Positions 55,788 to 64,000 of a stretch of DNA of 64,000 nt are shown piece by piece. This DNA comes from a virus (taxonomy: Duplodnaviria; Caudoviricetes), in IMG/VR virus record IMGVR_UViG_3300047469_000103, positions 224,001 to 288,000 of that record. One strand, written 5' to 3'. Under the pieces are notes generated by a model. The model was not told the origin of the DNA. It did no database searches and saw only the letters and a program-made list of their open reading frames with translations. Position numbers and translations under genes: made by a program. Numbering within the stretch: position 1 is the stretch's first letter; the number at the start of each line of letters is the position of its first letter.

Positions 55788-56620
55788 TGACCCTTCTATC
55801 TGTGGACGGCACGAACGCAATCCACCGGGCACACCATGCCGTCAGATACATGGAACACAAGGGCACACCAACGAATGCAATTATCGGATTCTTTGCAATC
55901 CTGAATTCGAATCTACGCCAAATCAACGCGAAAAAATGTCTCGTGACATTCGACCGTACTGGCGGACAAAACTTTCGACAGAAATTGCATCCGTTGTACA
56001 AAGGCACACGTGACAAAGACCCGGTGAAGAGTGCTGCGCTCGCTGCACAGGTTCCAATCATCTGTGATTTGCTGGAAGCGATGGGCATTTCGTTTGTAGG
56101 CAAAAAGAATATCGAGGCTGACGATATTATCGGCAGTACCGCTGTGAATTACACTGACGGAATCGCATACATCCTTTCCGGGGATAAAGATTTCGCACAG
56201 GAATTGATTCACAAACACGTTCGTTTAATCAATCCGAACAAAAAGATCACCGTGTCCTATAAAAACTGTAAAGAGGTATACGGAGTTCACCCGAAACACA
56301 TGATTGATTACCTAATGCTGGACGGCGACGAAATTGATAACATTGATGGCGTTCCCGGCGTTGGGCCAAAGACAGCAATTAAACTGCTGGAAGAATTCGG
56401 AAGGGCTGAAAAGATTCCATTGGATCGTTTCCCTCCCAAATCAAAAACTGTAAACATTCCTAAACTGCTAAAGCTTAATCGGCAGCTTGTAACAATCCGT
56501 TCCGATCTGTATGATGCAAACACGGAATTGGATTTATCAATTTCCAAGATGGACGTGAAGGAATTCGCGAAAATCTGCAACCGATACCGATTGAATTCAC
56601 TTTTGAAGACAATCAGATAA
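55787..56620 (+). CDS. 5'-3' exonuclease / flap endonuclease (Pol I N-terminal-like)
   Basis: LLSVDGTNAIHRA, FRQKLHPLYKGTR, IEADDIIG, LSGDKDF, GDEIDNIDGVPGVGPKTA. Confidence 0.95.
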   Translation: MTLLSVDGTNAIHRAHHAVRYMEHKGTPTNAIIGFFAILNSNLRQINAKKCLVTFDRTGGQNFRQKLHPLYKGTRDKDPVKSAALAAQVPIICDLLEAMGISFVGKKNIEADDIIGSTAVNYTDGIAYILSGDKDFAQELIHKHVRLINPNKKITVSYKNCKEVYGVHPKHMIDYLMLDGDEIDNIDGVPGVGPKTAIKLLEEFGRAEKIPLDRFPPKSKTVNIPKLLKLNRQLVTIRSDLYDANTELDLSISKMDVKEFAKICNRYRLNSLLKTIR

Positions 56621-56682
56621 ATGTGTAGATAACTACATAAACCACGGCAATATGCCAACCCTAGAAAGAAGAGAGAAATATC

Positions 56683-57258
56683 ATGACCGCACCAATCGTT
56701 AAAGTTTCGAAAGCTGTTGCCGCCGCCACTAAACTGCTGGCTACCCGCACCGACGCACTGACCGCTGCCAAAGCTGACCTGACCGCCGCCAACGCTACCG
56801 CCAAGCGTCAAAGCAAACTGGTTCTTTCCGCACCGAAAGTTGTCGCTACCGTGCAGAAAAATGCGCAAGCTTCCATCGAAGGTTTCACCCAAGCCGTTGC
56901 CGTTCTGACCACCGAAGTTGCCGATGCAAAAGCTGCACTGGCGCTGGTAATCAAAACCGAACGTGACGCGGCCACCGCTGCTGCAAAAGCTGCAAAAGCT
57001 CTGCAAGCACAAAAAGATCGCGATGCAAAAACTGCACAGCGTCTGGCTGACAAAGCTGCCAAAACTGCACCTGCTGTTGCTCCGGTTGCTGCGCCTGCTG
57101 TTAAGGCTGCACCGAAAGCAAAAGCTGCAAAAGTCGCTGCTGCCCCTGTTGCCACTGTGAAAGCTGCCCCGAAAGCAAAAGCTGTTAAAGCCGCTGCTGC
57201 CCCGGTCGCTGCCAAAGCTGCACCGAAAGCCAAAGTTGCCAAGGCTCCAAAAGCCTAA
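56683..57258 (+). CDS. Ala/Lys-rich histone H1-like protein with N-terminal coiled coil
   Basis: KAAPKAK repeats in the C-third; very biased codons; followed by a terminator. Confidence 0.8.
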   Translation: MTAPIVKVSKAVAAATKLLATRTDALTAAKADLTAANATAKRQSKLVLSAPKVVATVQKNAQASIEGFTQAVAVLTTEVADAKAALALVIKTERDAATAAAKAAKALQAQKDRDAKTAQRLADKAAKTAPAVAPVAAPAVKAAPKAKAAKVAAAPVATVKAAPKAKAVKAAAAPVAAKAAPKAKVAKAPKA

Positions 57259-57286
57259 GCAATTTGCTTTACTGGCAATGAAACCG

Positions 57287-57315
57287 AAAGCGGCCTAGAG
57301 ATAGGTCGCTTTTTT
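57287..57315 (+). terminator. intrinsic terminator (GAGA tetraloop)
   Basis: AAAGCGGCCTA-GAGA-TAGGTCGCTTT then U tract. Confidence 0.85.
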
Positions 57316-57345
57316 ACTTTCCAGCGCGGAAAAGCAGGGACAAAT

Positions 57346-58152
57346 ATGATTAACGCTAGCGGAATCATCAAAGATATTCTGAACGGCAAGCTGACCTACA
57401 CCGAATTGCTGCGCGATGTATCCACTATGCAGCAGTTGAGTTCTAACGTTGTCGATTTCAATTTCATCGTGAATCAATTTCTCGCGATGGGTTGCCGTTT
57501 GATTCTCGACGGTGACAACGTTCAAGTAGTTCCTAACGATGCACGAATTCATCCATCACCACCGGACTTTATGCGCATTCGTCCAAGCGAAGCGCTGCCG
57601 CTCATTCGTAACGAACCGTTCGCCTTCTTGCCGAATTGGGATAAAGTTTACGCCCGTTTAGAAATCATGCTTCAAAGCAAAGGGCCGCAGCCGATGACAA
57701 CTGCGCCGTTTCGCGAAGTGTTGAGCATGAAATCCATTTTCAACAATTCGAATCGCGTTGTTCCATCGCAAATGGTTTGCTTCCCGGTAATCTGTTTGCT
57801 TGATGGTTCGATTAAGCTGATTCGCATGTCGCTGCACAATTTCTCGAAAACCCCTCGCGATGTTTTGAATGGTGCGCCTTGCATCATTCGCGGTAAATCT
57901 TCACGGAAGCAAATCGTGAAGCCAACCATTTTGATCGAAAACACATTCGATACGGTTGAGATTCTGGAACGCAACGCTGAAGCATTGGCGCAACTGGAAG
58001 CGGACTATAGCGTTTCGAACGTTGTAACCGTTGAACAGGCACAACTGCTGCGTAACCTGCTTGATAGCCGGAAACGAGACGCTACGGCCATTCAAAGCCG
58101 TATGGCGTCGATTCATTCAGTAAACGAAGGCAAAGGCGCTAACCGGGCTTGA
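57346..58152 (+). CDS. hypothetical protein
   Basis: 268 aa ORF. Confidence 0.75.
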   Translation: MINASGIIKDILNGKLTYTELLRDVSTMQQLSSNVVDFNFIVNQFLAMGCRLILDGDNVQVVPNDARIHPSPPDFMRIRPSEALPLIRNEPFAFLPNWDKVYARLEIMLQSKGPQPMTTAPFREVLSMKSIFNNSNRVVPSQMVCFPVICLLDGSIKLIRMSLHNFSKTPRDVLNGAPCIIRGKSSRKQIVKPTILIENTFDTVEILERNAEALAQLEADYSVSNVVTVEQAQLLRNLLDSRKRDATAIQSRMASIHSVNEGKGANRA

Positions 58153-58177
58153 CTGCCCTATGGCCCTTTGATACCGT
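58149..58177 (+). promoter_or_regulatory. sigma70-type promoter
   Basis: TTGACT (58149-58154), 17-bp spacer, TGn-TACCGT (58172-58177). Confidence 0.6.
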
Positions 58178-58191
58178 GGGTTGTCCGTAAC

Positions 58192-58410
58192 GTTTCGAGC
58201 CTTCAGCGTAACGCTCACGGATCAAGGGAAGTTTCAGACGATGCGCTTCTATATAGGGCGCACGCTTCGAACCTTGATTGATTGCAGCCGAAGCAATGAG
58301 CGTTACCGTTTCAATGCTTTCCGGCTCAAAGGAACGTTTGCCTTTATAGGGCGCCGTTCAAATGCCGCTTGTGTGTTTGGCGTTCCTTTGATAGATTGAA
58401 ACCTCGAAAC
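58192..58410 (+). ncRNA. candidate structured RNA (ncRNA or 5' leader), multi-branched
   Basis: Perfect nested helices 58192-99/58403-10, 58208-17/58297-306, 58221-27/58272-78, 58308-15/58395-402, 58326-36/58381-91; no known family recognised. Confidence 0.7.
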
Positions 58411-58465
58411 CCCTGCCTGAATGAAAAGGCACTCACACATTAAAGTAAGTTTGGAGAGAATCACC

Positions 58466-60235
58466 ATGACTAACTACGTCGGCAAAACCATCAACGTAAA
58501 CCACGGCGCTAAAAAAGGCGTCGTTAAAGAAACCGTCGTTAAGCAATTGAAGAACGGCACCATTCGTACTGGCGACGGAACAGAATTCCACGCTGACGAA
58601 ATCTACAACAAAGGCCGTGGCGTTTTTGTTGACGTGAAAGGCGGCGCTACTAAAAAGCCTGCTGCCGTCGCTGCTGACAATTCCCGCAAAGCTCCAACTG
58701 CAAAACCTGCTGCTGCGCCAGCGCCTGCCGCTCGTGTTGCATCTGCTGTAACCGCCGAAGAACTGGAAGGCGCGAAAGTAAACGGTTCCCGTGTTGAACG
58801 CGTTCTGAAAAAGGCCGGGAAAGTAAAACTGGAAGACGGCACCACCGTTGAACTGTCGAGCATCGTTCGTAAAGGTCGCGGTTATGTTTCCGATTCGGCA
58901 GTAATGCCAGAAGAAACCAAACCAGCCGGTAAAACCGCTGGCGCAAAACCTTCTGCAAAAGGCGGCGCGGTTCCAAAAGTGAAAGCGGCAACTTTCGACA
59001 GCGCCACCTTTGGCCCTGCTGGCGAATACACCACCAAAGACGTGCGCCATCAAATCGTCGATATCGACGGCGAAGAAAGCACCGTTGAAAAAGTATTCAC
59101 TTCCGGTCGTTGCGTAACTGACGACGGTTCTGAATTCAACGTCTCCGAAGTGCGTACCCGTCTCGACGGCACCTTCTGCGTTTACTCGGAAGAGTACATT
59201 GTGGAATTGCAAGAATTGTGGGAAGCGACTCAAGCGCCGAAAGCCGCAGCGCCGAAAGCCACCGCTGAAATCACCACAAAAGAAGTGAAGAACAAAAATA
59301 TCGCAGTGGGTGATGTTACTCACGTGATCGTAAAAACCTTTTCGAGCGGCAACGTTGAAACCGACCACGGTTTTAAATTCACCGTTAAAGATATCGCCCG
59401 CAAAGGTCGTGGCTATATCTACACCGGCGAAATGCCAACCAAAAAAGGCGGCGCACTTCCTAAAGCTCGCCCTGCACCAGAACCGCAATCGAAAGTTCTG
59501 AGCGTTTCCGCTTTCGACGGCGACACTGCAAAAGACGTTCGCGATTTGTTGAACGTTGCAGTTCGTAACGCAATCGTCACTGCTTACGATATCGACGTAG
59601 CTGGCGTGTTCGTTGCGTATGACGAAAACATGCTGACTTTCCAAGTTAGCTTCGCAGCAACCGACGCCGATTTGGACGTGGTTAAAGCTGCTGTAGAAAA
59701 ACAGCGCCATGAAAATTTCGCTGATTCCGAAGCCCGCGATTTCGAGCAACACGAACTGACCGACGCGCCAGTCGTAGAGCAAGAAGAGGAAGAGGAAGAA
59801 GAGGAAGAGGAAGAAGAAGAGCGCGAAGAAGAGGAAGAGGAAGAAGAAGAGGAAGAGGAAGAGCCAGAATTCGCCGTGCTGCAAAACGACGACGATTTCG
59901 ACGCAATGCCTACCAACGTTTCTTTCCCTGCTGACACTTCGAAAGACGTAGCCGGTGCCGATGGCCGTCTGAAACGTCTTTTCCCAACCAAAAGCCTCAC
60001 CGGTTACGCTGAAGCGTGGTACGAATCGCAAGCGGCATTTGACGCGGTTGAATACGATATCGAACCGGGCAACACTTTGACTGTCGAAGGTCAGGAATAT
60101 GTTTTGGTCGGCATTAAAGAACAGAAAATCGACGGCGTACTGCAAGCCGCTCCTTTCCTCGTTCACGCAACCAAAATGCAATTCCGCCCTGACGTAACTT
60201 TCGACATGCTGAAAGAATGGGTTGCTGCGCAGTAA
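58466..60235 (+). CDS. protein with four ~50-aa beta-rich repeats, K/A/P linkers and a poly-Glu tract
   Basis: GGAGAG SD before ATG 58466; three repeats end in KGRG(V/Y); Glu run of 25 residues with one Arg. Confidence 0.85.
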   Translation: MTNYVGKTINVNHGAKKGVVKETVVKQLKNGTIRTGDGTEFHADEIYNKGRGVFVDVKGGATKKPAAVAADNSRKAPTAKPAAAPAPAARVASAVTAEELEGAKVNGSRVERVLKKAGKVKLEDGTTVELSSIVRKGRGYVSDSAVMPEETKPAGKTAGAKPSAKGGAVPKVKAATFDSATFGPAGEYTTKDVRHQIVDIDGEESTVEKVFTSGRCVTDDGSEFNVSEVRTRLDGTFCVYSEEYIVELQELWEATQAPKAAAPKATAEITTKEVKNKNIAVGDVTHVIVKTFSSGNVETDHGFKFTVKDIARKGRGYIYTGEMPTKKGGALPKARPAPEPQSKVLSVSAFDGDTAKDVRDLLNVAVRNAIVTAYDIDVAGVFVAYDENMLTFQVSFAATDADLDVVKAAVEKQRHENFADSEARDFEQHELTDAPVVEQEEEEEEEEEEEEEREEEEEEEEEEEEEPEFAVLQNDDDFDAMPTNVSFPADTSKDVAGADGRLKRLFPTKSLTGYAEAWYESQAAFDAVEYDIEPGNTLTVEGQEYVLVGIKEQKIDGVLQAAPFLVHATKMQFRPDVTFDMLKEWVAAQ

Positions 60236-60310
60236 TTTCAGCGCTCATTAATTAAATCACTGGCGGGGGCATACCTCCGCCTAAGTAAAAATCGCTAGGA
60301 GAATCACACC

Positions 60311-61621
60311 ATGAACTTTTTCACTACTCTGCGTGCTGCTGCCGTTTCGCAATGCCAAGGCTTTTTCTATGGCCTGCTGTTGAACGCGCTGAAAACCGAA
60401 CCGGAAGAAATCGTCGATTGGGTTTTGGTTGACCCGGCAGAATACGATATCGACGAATCCGAAAATCATCCGCCGATTCTGATGAAACGCGTTGCGCTTC
60501 CGATGTTCGCAATTATCAACCCGGAAGAGCAGGAACAATACGCCACCAACGCCGCTACGGAAATCGAAGAAGCGTATGGCGTGAACATCGGTCTGTTTGT
60601 CGATGGCAGCGCCGGGGAAATCATCACGTACATTTCCAATTTCCCGGTTGACGTAAATCGCACTCGCGAATTGTTCAACGACGAAGAAGACGAAGAAGAA
60701 GGTTTGCCGTCTCACGCCGAAGTCGGTCAATCGCTCGCGCTGCTGGAAGACGACGATATTCAATTCCTGAATTTCGTTCGTACCACGCAAGGCGAACAAA
60801 TCTTCAACGATATTACTTTCGACGAAGACGACGAAACCGCGCTGCGTGAATTCTTCATGGGCAACGAAAGCGCCGATGAACTGGAAATCACCAACGATTG
60901 CCTCGACGCGCTGCGTAACGAATACGACGCCGAAGAAGAGGAAGAGGAAGAAGAGGAAGAAGAGGAAGAAACCGACGACGCAGAAAATGCAGCCGGTAAA
61001 ACTCCGCTGACTCTGGTTCCGCAAATTCCTGCGCCGGTTGTTGCTGACGATTTCGAACCGGAAGCGCTGGATGACTTCGAAGCAGAAGCGCCAGTAATTG
61101 CCGAAGGTGAAAAAACCGAAGCCGTTTCGGATGTTGATTTGGCGTCTGATGATTTCGAAGCAGAACAACGCAACGAATCCGAACAGGCCGACGAAGAAGC
61201 CGAACAGGATGCCGCTATCGGCGCCCCGGACAACGCGCACGAAGAATCGTTTATCGACGATCAAGGGCAAGCCGTACCTGCCGTTGCAACCGCCCCAGCG
61301 CCCGTACAAGCTGCGCCAGCCGAAACCGTGGCAGAAACCCCGGAACTTACCAAAGCGCGCTTTAACCGCACGCTGGAAGACTTCGCGGCCAAGCTGCCTA
61401 CCGATACCATTTCCGAACTGGGCGACGGTGAAGTAACCGTGATGCTTTCCCGGTCGGTCGAAGGTGTGAACAAGGATTACGTTTTGCGCGTAAAAATTGA
61501 ACACGAAAACTTCGCCGGTATCAAAATGATGGACGTGTTCTATCTGTTCGACGAAGCTGGTCTGCAACTGTTGCGCGCAACCAACGTCAACGCCGTACTC
61601 GACGCAATCGCCGCGCTGTAA
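60311..61621 (+). CDS. highly acidic protein
   Basis: 436 aa D/E-rich with a poly-E run; GGAGAATCAC leader similar to that of 58466. Confidence 0.85.
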   Translation: MNFFTTLRAAAVSQCQGFFYGLLLNALKTEPEEIVDWVLVDPAEYDIDESENHPPILMKRVALPMFAIINPEEQEQYATNAATEIEEAYGVNIGLFVDGSAGEIITYISNFPVDVNRTRELFNDEEDEEEGLPSHAEVGQSLALLEDDDIQFLNFVRTTQGEQIFNDITFDEDDETALREFFMGNESADELEITNDCLDALRNEYDAEEEEEEEEEEEEETDDAENAAGKTPLTLVPQIPAPVVADDFEPEALDDFEAEAPVIAEGEKTEAVSDVDLASDDFEAEQRNESEQADEEAEQDAAIGAPDNAHEESFIDDQGQAVPAVATAPAPVQAAPAETVAETPELTKARFNRTLEDFAAKLPTDTISELGDGEVTVMLSRSVEGVNKDYVLRVKIEHENFAGIKMMDVFYLFDEAGLQLLRATNVNAVLDAIAAL

Positions 61622-61634
61622 TTATTTACGCAAC

Positions 61635-61667
61635 GGGGAAGGGTGCCTAGCGCCCCTCCCCATTTTT
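61635..61667 (+). terminator. intrinsic terminator
   Basis: GGGGAAGGGTGC-cta-GCGCCCCTCCCC then ATTTTT. Confidence 0.7.
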
Positions 61668-61685
61668 GCATTCAGAGGATTTAAA

Positions 61686-62159
61686 ATGAATTCGCTCACT
61701 CGCTCGCAGAAAATCGAAAACCTCGATTTGCTTTTGAACCTTGTCATTGGTGATGCTGAAAAGCTCGCAATGAGCAAGCAAGAATCTTTTTCGGTTGCCA
61801 CGCAATACACCTCCCTAATCGGGCCGAATATCACAATCACCACTCCGCAATACACGGGCGTTATCACCGTGGATTTCGAAGGCAGCGTGGTGCGTTTTGA
61901 TACCTACGGTTTCCGTCACCGTTTCGCGGATAATAACGCGTTCCTCACGTTCTTCATGAAAACCCTCGAAAGTCCTTTGCACGCATGCCACAAGCTGGCC
62001 GGTGAAATCGGCGGCAAGACAATGGGCAACAACGTTATTCTGCAAAAAGAAAACGTCGCCTATTTCATCACCGAGATTCCCGGCGGTTTTGAAATGAAAT
62101 TCTCCAACCAGAAAATCATGTCGTCGTTTGACGATATCGTCGGCCTGTTGGGAGCGTAA
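61686..62159 (+). CDS. hypothetical protein
   Basis: 157 aa; GAGGA SD. Confidence 0.75.
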   Translation: MNSLTRSQKIENLDLLLNLVIGDAEKLAMSKQESFSVATQYTSLIGPNITITTPQYTGVITVDFEGSVVRFDTYGFRHRFADNNAFLTFFMKTLESPLHACHKLAGEIGGKTMGNNVILQKENVAYFITEIPGGFEMKFSNQKIMSSFDDIVGLLGA

Positions 62160-62162
62160 GAA

Positions 62163-62435
62163 ATGGAGCCAGTGCGTTTTGCGGAAACACTGATTGGATT
62201 TCTTCAACATGATGAAATTGCAATTGTGGATAACGCGCTGGATTTGCCGATTGCTGAAGCGGCCACGCGCATACTGGAAATTCTGGCAATGCGTCCAGAC
62301 GGTAGCGACGTGGCCGTTGCCGTTACTAATGGCGACACGCTTCTGATTTATCGTAAATCCTGTGCCGACAAATATCAGGAATTCATTTCCGACGTTACAG
62401 ACCTGAGCGAGCGCGACCATGCAGATGCTGAATAG
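62163..62435 (+). CDS. hypothetical protein
   Basis: 90 aa ORF. Confidence 0.65.
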   Translation: MEPVRFAETLIGFLQHDEIAIVDNALDLPIAEAATRILEILAMRPDGSDVAVAVTNGDTLLIYRKSCADKYQEFISDVTDLSERDHADAE

Positions 62436-63708
62436 CACCATTCACCGGCTGTACGAAAAGGGTTTCATTAAACTTTGCGACCCGACACAATTTATCAATT
62501 CGTACACGTATGAGTTTATGGGCCGGATTACGACCCAGCGTATTACGGTTGATCCGCGCATGAAAAAAGTAGACCTGATCCGAATCGTTGATGCGGCCTG
62601 CAATGGCAGCATGGAAAACATGGTTACGCTTGCCATGCTGTATAACGTTGGCTACGGCGTTCCGTATGACGCAAGGCTGGCCGACGCATGGGCGCACCAT
62701 GCAACGCTTGTTAAGGCCGCTGTAGGCTTTGAGGCGTGCTGTAAGGCGGCGAAGCAATCAGCCTTCGACAATCCGCCCGAGATTTACCCTAACAGTCTCG
62801 TGTTCCCTTGTCTGGCAATCATCGACCAGATACACGACCACAAACACGAAGACAAATTGCGCACCGGCACTTATGTAATGCCGCGCCTTGATGGCATTCG
62901 TGTTTATTTGATTTACCGGCACAATCCCGGCACCGTTCCGCATTTGTACGCGGGATTCTATCGCGACGGCGAAGACACATTTATTGCGCTCGACAAATTA
63001 ATCGAGTTGGGCGCCCCGCGTTATTTCGGAGAGATTCGCGGCAACGTTGTTATCAACGAATATACGCCGTTTGGTGAAAACACCATGTACGTCGTTGCAG
63101 GTACGATTTACGTTCCTGAATCGAAAGGCGGTTCCGCATTAACGGTCGATACATTCCACGAATTTTTGGCAAACAATCATCCGCCATTAACGCGTGACAA
63201 GTTCGACACCGATGCAGACGTGACCGAACTGGAAGCACTTGAGAAAACTGTAAACAGACTCAAGCGAATCCAACAACGCTTCACGGATTTGAGTAAACCA
63301 ATTCCGGCAGAGCAACGCGCTGAATTACGCTCGGCAGAAACTCGCTACGCTGACTTGGCAAACGCATTAAAGGCGGCAGACCCACAAGCGGAATACGAAG
63401 CCTATATTGCATCGCTGCCTAAATCCCGGCTGCGCTTTGTAATGCACGAGCTTTACCGCTGGAACCGTGACGGATTAAAGACGGTTAAAATGAGTCGCAT
63501 TATGCAGACGCATTTGCAATCGTTGGGATTCACCAGTTTGATGCACGCAGCGCTTGAAACCGTTGGTTGGGTAGCCGACCACGAAGACGTGCCGAAAACT
63601 GTAAAGATGTTTGAGAAGACATTAGACGCAAAGGTTAACGCCTTAATCATTCAGCCAAGCACAGACGCGACCGTTCGCTTTGTGGACGTAACGAGGATTG
63701 ACGTATGA
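62419..63708 (+). CDS. Sel1-like repeat fused to a degenerate NAD-dependent DNA ligase adenylation-like domain
   Basis: LAMLYNVGYGVPYDARLADAWAHHA (Sel1-like); YVMPRLDGIRVYLIY (KxDG motif with K to R); VVAGTIYV; LRFVMHEL. Confidence 0.65.
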   Translation: MQMLNSTIHRLYEKGFIKLCDPTQFINSYTYEFMGRITTQRITVDPRMKKVDLIRIVDAACNGSMENMVTLAMLYNVGYGVPYDARLADAWAHHATLVKAAVGFEACCKAAKQSAFDNPPEIYPNSLVFPCLAIIDQIHDHKHEDKLRTGTYVMPRLDGIRVYLIYRHNPGTVPHLYAGFYRDGEDTFIALDKLIELGAPRYFGEIRGNVVINEYTPFGENTMYVVAGTIYVPESKGGSALTVDTFHEFLANNHPPLTRDKFDTDADVTELEALEKTVNRLKRIQQRFTDLSKPIPAEQRAELRSAETRYADLANALKAADPQAEYEAYIASLPKSRLRFVMHELYRWNRDGLKTVKMSRIMQTHLQSLGFTSLMHAALETVGWVADHEDVPKTVKMFEKTLDAKVNALIIQPSTDATVRFVDVTRIDV

Positions 63709-64000
63709 GTAACGATATTTCTTACGAAGCTAAACAAACTCAGCAATTGCATTCGGAACAAGTTGAAATCGGCGTTGCGCACGAACCAGAAAATACCGTG
63801 CGCACCCGTCACAACATTCCAGCCGCATTGGAAATTAATTCGGAATACCCTATTCGCTTCACGCCACGCGTTGAAGTGTATTTGGGCGCCATCTGCAATA
63901 CTGTAAATGATGTTGTAGAAGCGCACCCGATTGTAACTGATCCACTCGATAACCCAATCAGTTTGCTTCGCCCTTTGTCTCGTGCAAAGGTCGGCATTGC
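63705..64000 (+). CDS. hypothetical protein, partial (runs off window end)
   Basis: GAGGA SD; ATGA overlap; open to the end. Confidence 0.7.
   Translation, partial: MSNDISYEAKQTQQLHSEQVEIGVAHEPENTVRTRHNIPAALEINSEYPIRFTPRVEVYLGAICNTVNDVVEAHPIVTDPLDNPISLLRPLSRAKVGI

Noticed and set aside
58156-58172. Alternative pairing of GCCCTAT and CCTTTGA with 58326-58352 as a riboswitch-like second conformation
   Set aside because: These bases fall within the predicted promoter spacer, upstream of the likely start site, so they would not be in the transcript unless there is read-through from 57346..58152.
58192-58410. Assignment of the structured RNA to tRNA, tmRNA, 6S, SRP or RNase P
   Set aside because: No cloverleaf, T-loop or CCA end, tag reading frame, rod with central bubble, or conserved SRP/RNase P motifs seen.
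59781-59860. GAA/GAG simple repeats (also near 48090-48135 and 60930-60970) as contingency microsatellites
   Set aside because: They are in-frame mixed Glu codons, not a perfect unit repeat; explained by poly-Glu protein sequence.

Overview
This window looks like a 64-kb segment of a jumbo dsDNA bacteriophage genome, probably with a contractile tail. Genes are dense and often overlap by ATGA/GTGA. They run on the minus strand from 1 to about 42.5 kb and mostly on the plus strand after that. The replication/recombination set comprises a family A DNA polymerase with a UDG-like N-terminal domain, a beta-clamp, a DnaX clamp loader, a primase, a separate 5'-3' exonuclease, SbcC/SbcD, RuvC, a Cas4-like nuclease, two type IIA topoisomerase subunits and a ~2,000-aa SNF2 ATPase. 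Probable virion genes, LysM and peptidoglycan-binding proteins, histone-like and polyacidic low-complexity proteins, and many small hypothetical genes fill the rest. The gene content recalls the Erwinia Y3 / Dickeya JA11 / Pseudomonas Lu11-PaBG type of jumbo phage; this is an inference, not a search result. I saw no rRNA, tRNA, CRISPR array or transposon. The best leads are: (1) a ~220-nt multi-branched RNA at 58192-58410 behind a sigma70-type promoter, with twin 13-nt motifs, directly upstream of a four-repeat protein; (2) Lys-rich terminal tails on most replication enzymes, including a peptide shared by the PolA and Cas4-like C-termini, alongside polyacidic proteins; (3) three terminators sharing a 2x2 internal loop and a UCC/GGA apical stem; (4) a gene-free 600-bp region with strand-specific GNA mini-hairpins and a G-run cluster (candidate origin); (5) two candidate phage promoter classes; (6) a Sel1-fused, probably inactive ligase-like protein and a stand-alone tail-sheath C-terminal domain. 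All protein family assignments come from motif recognition by eye.
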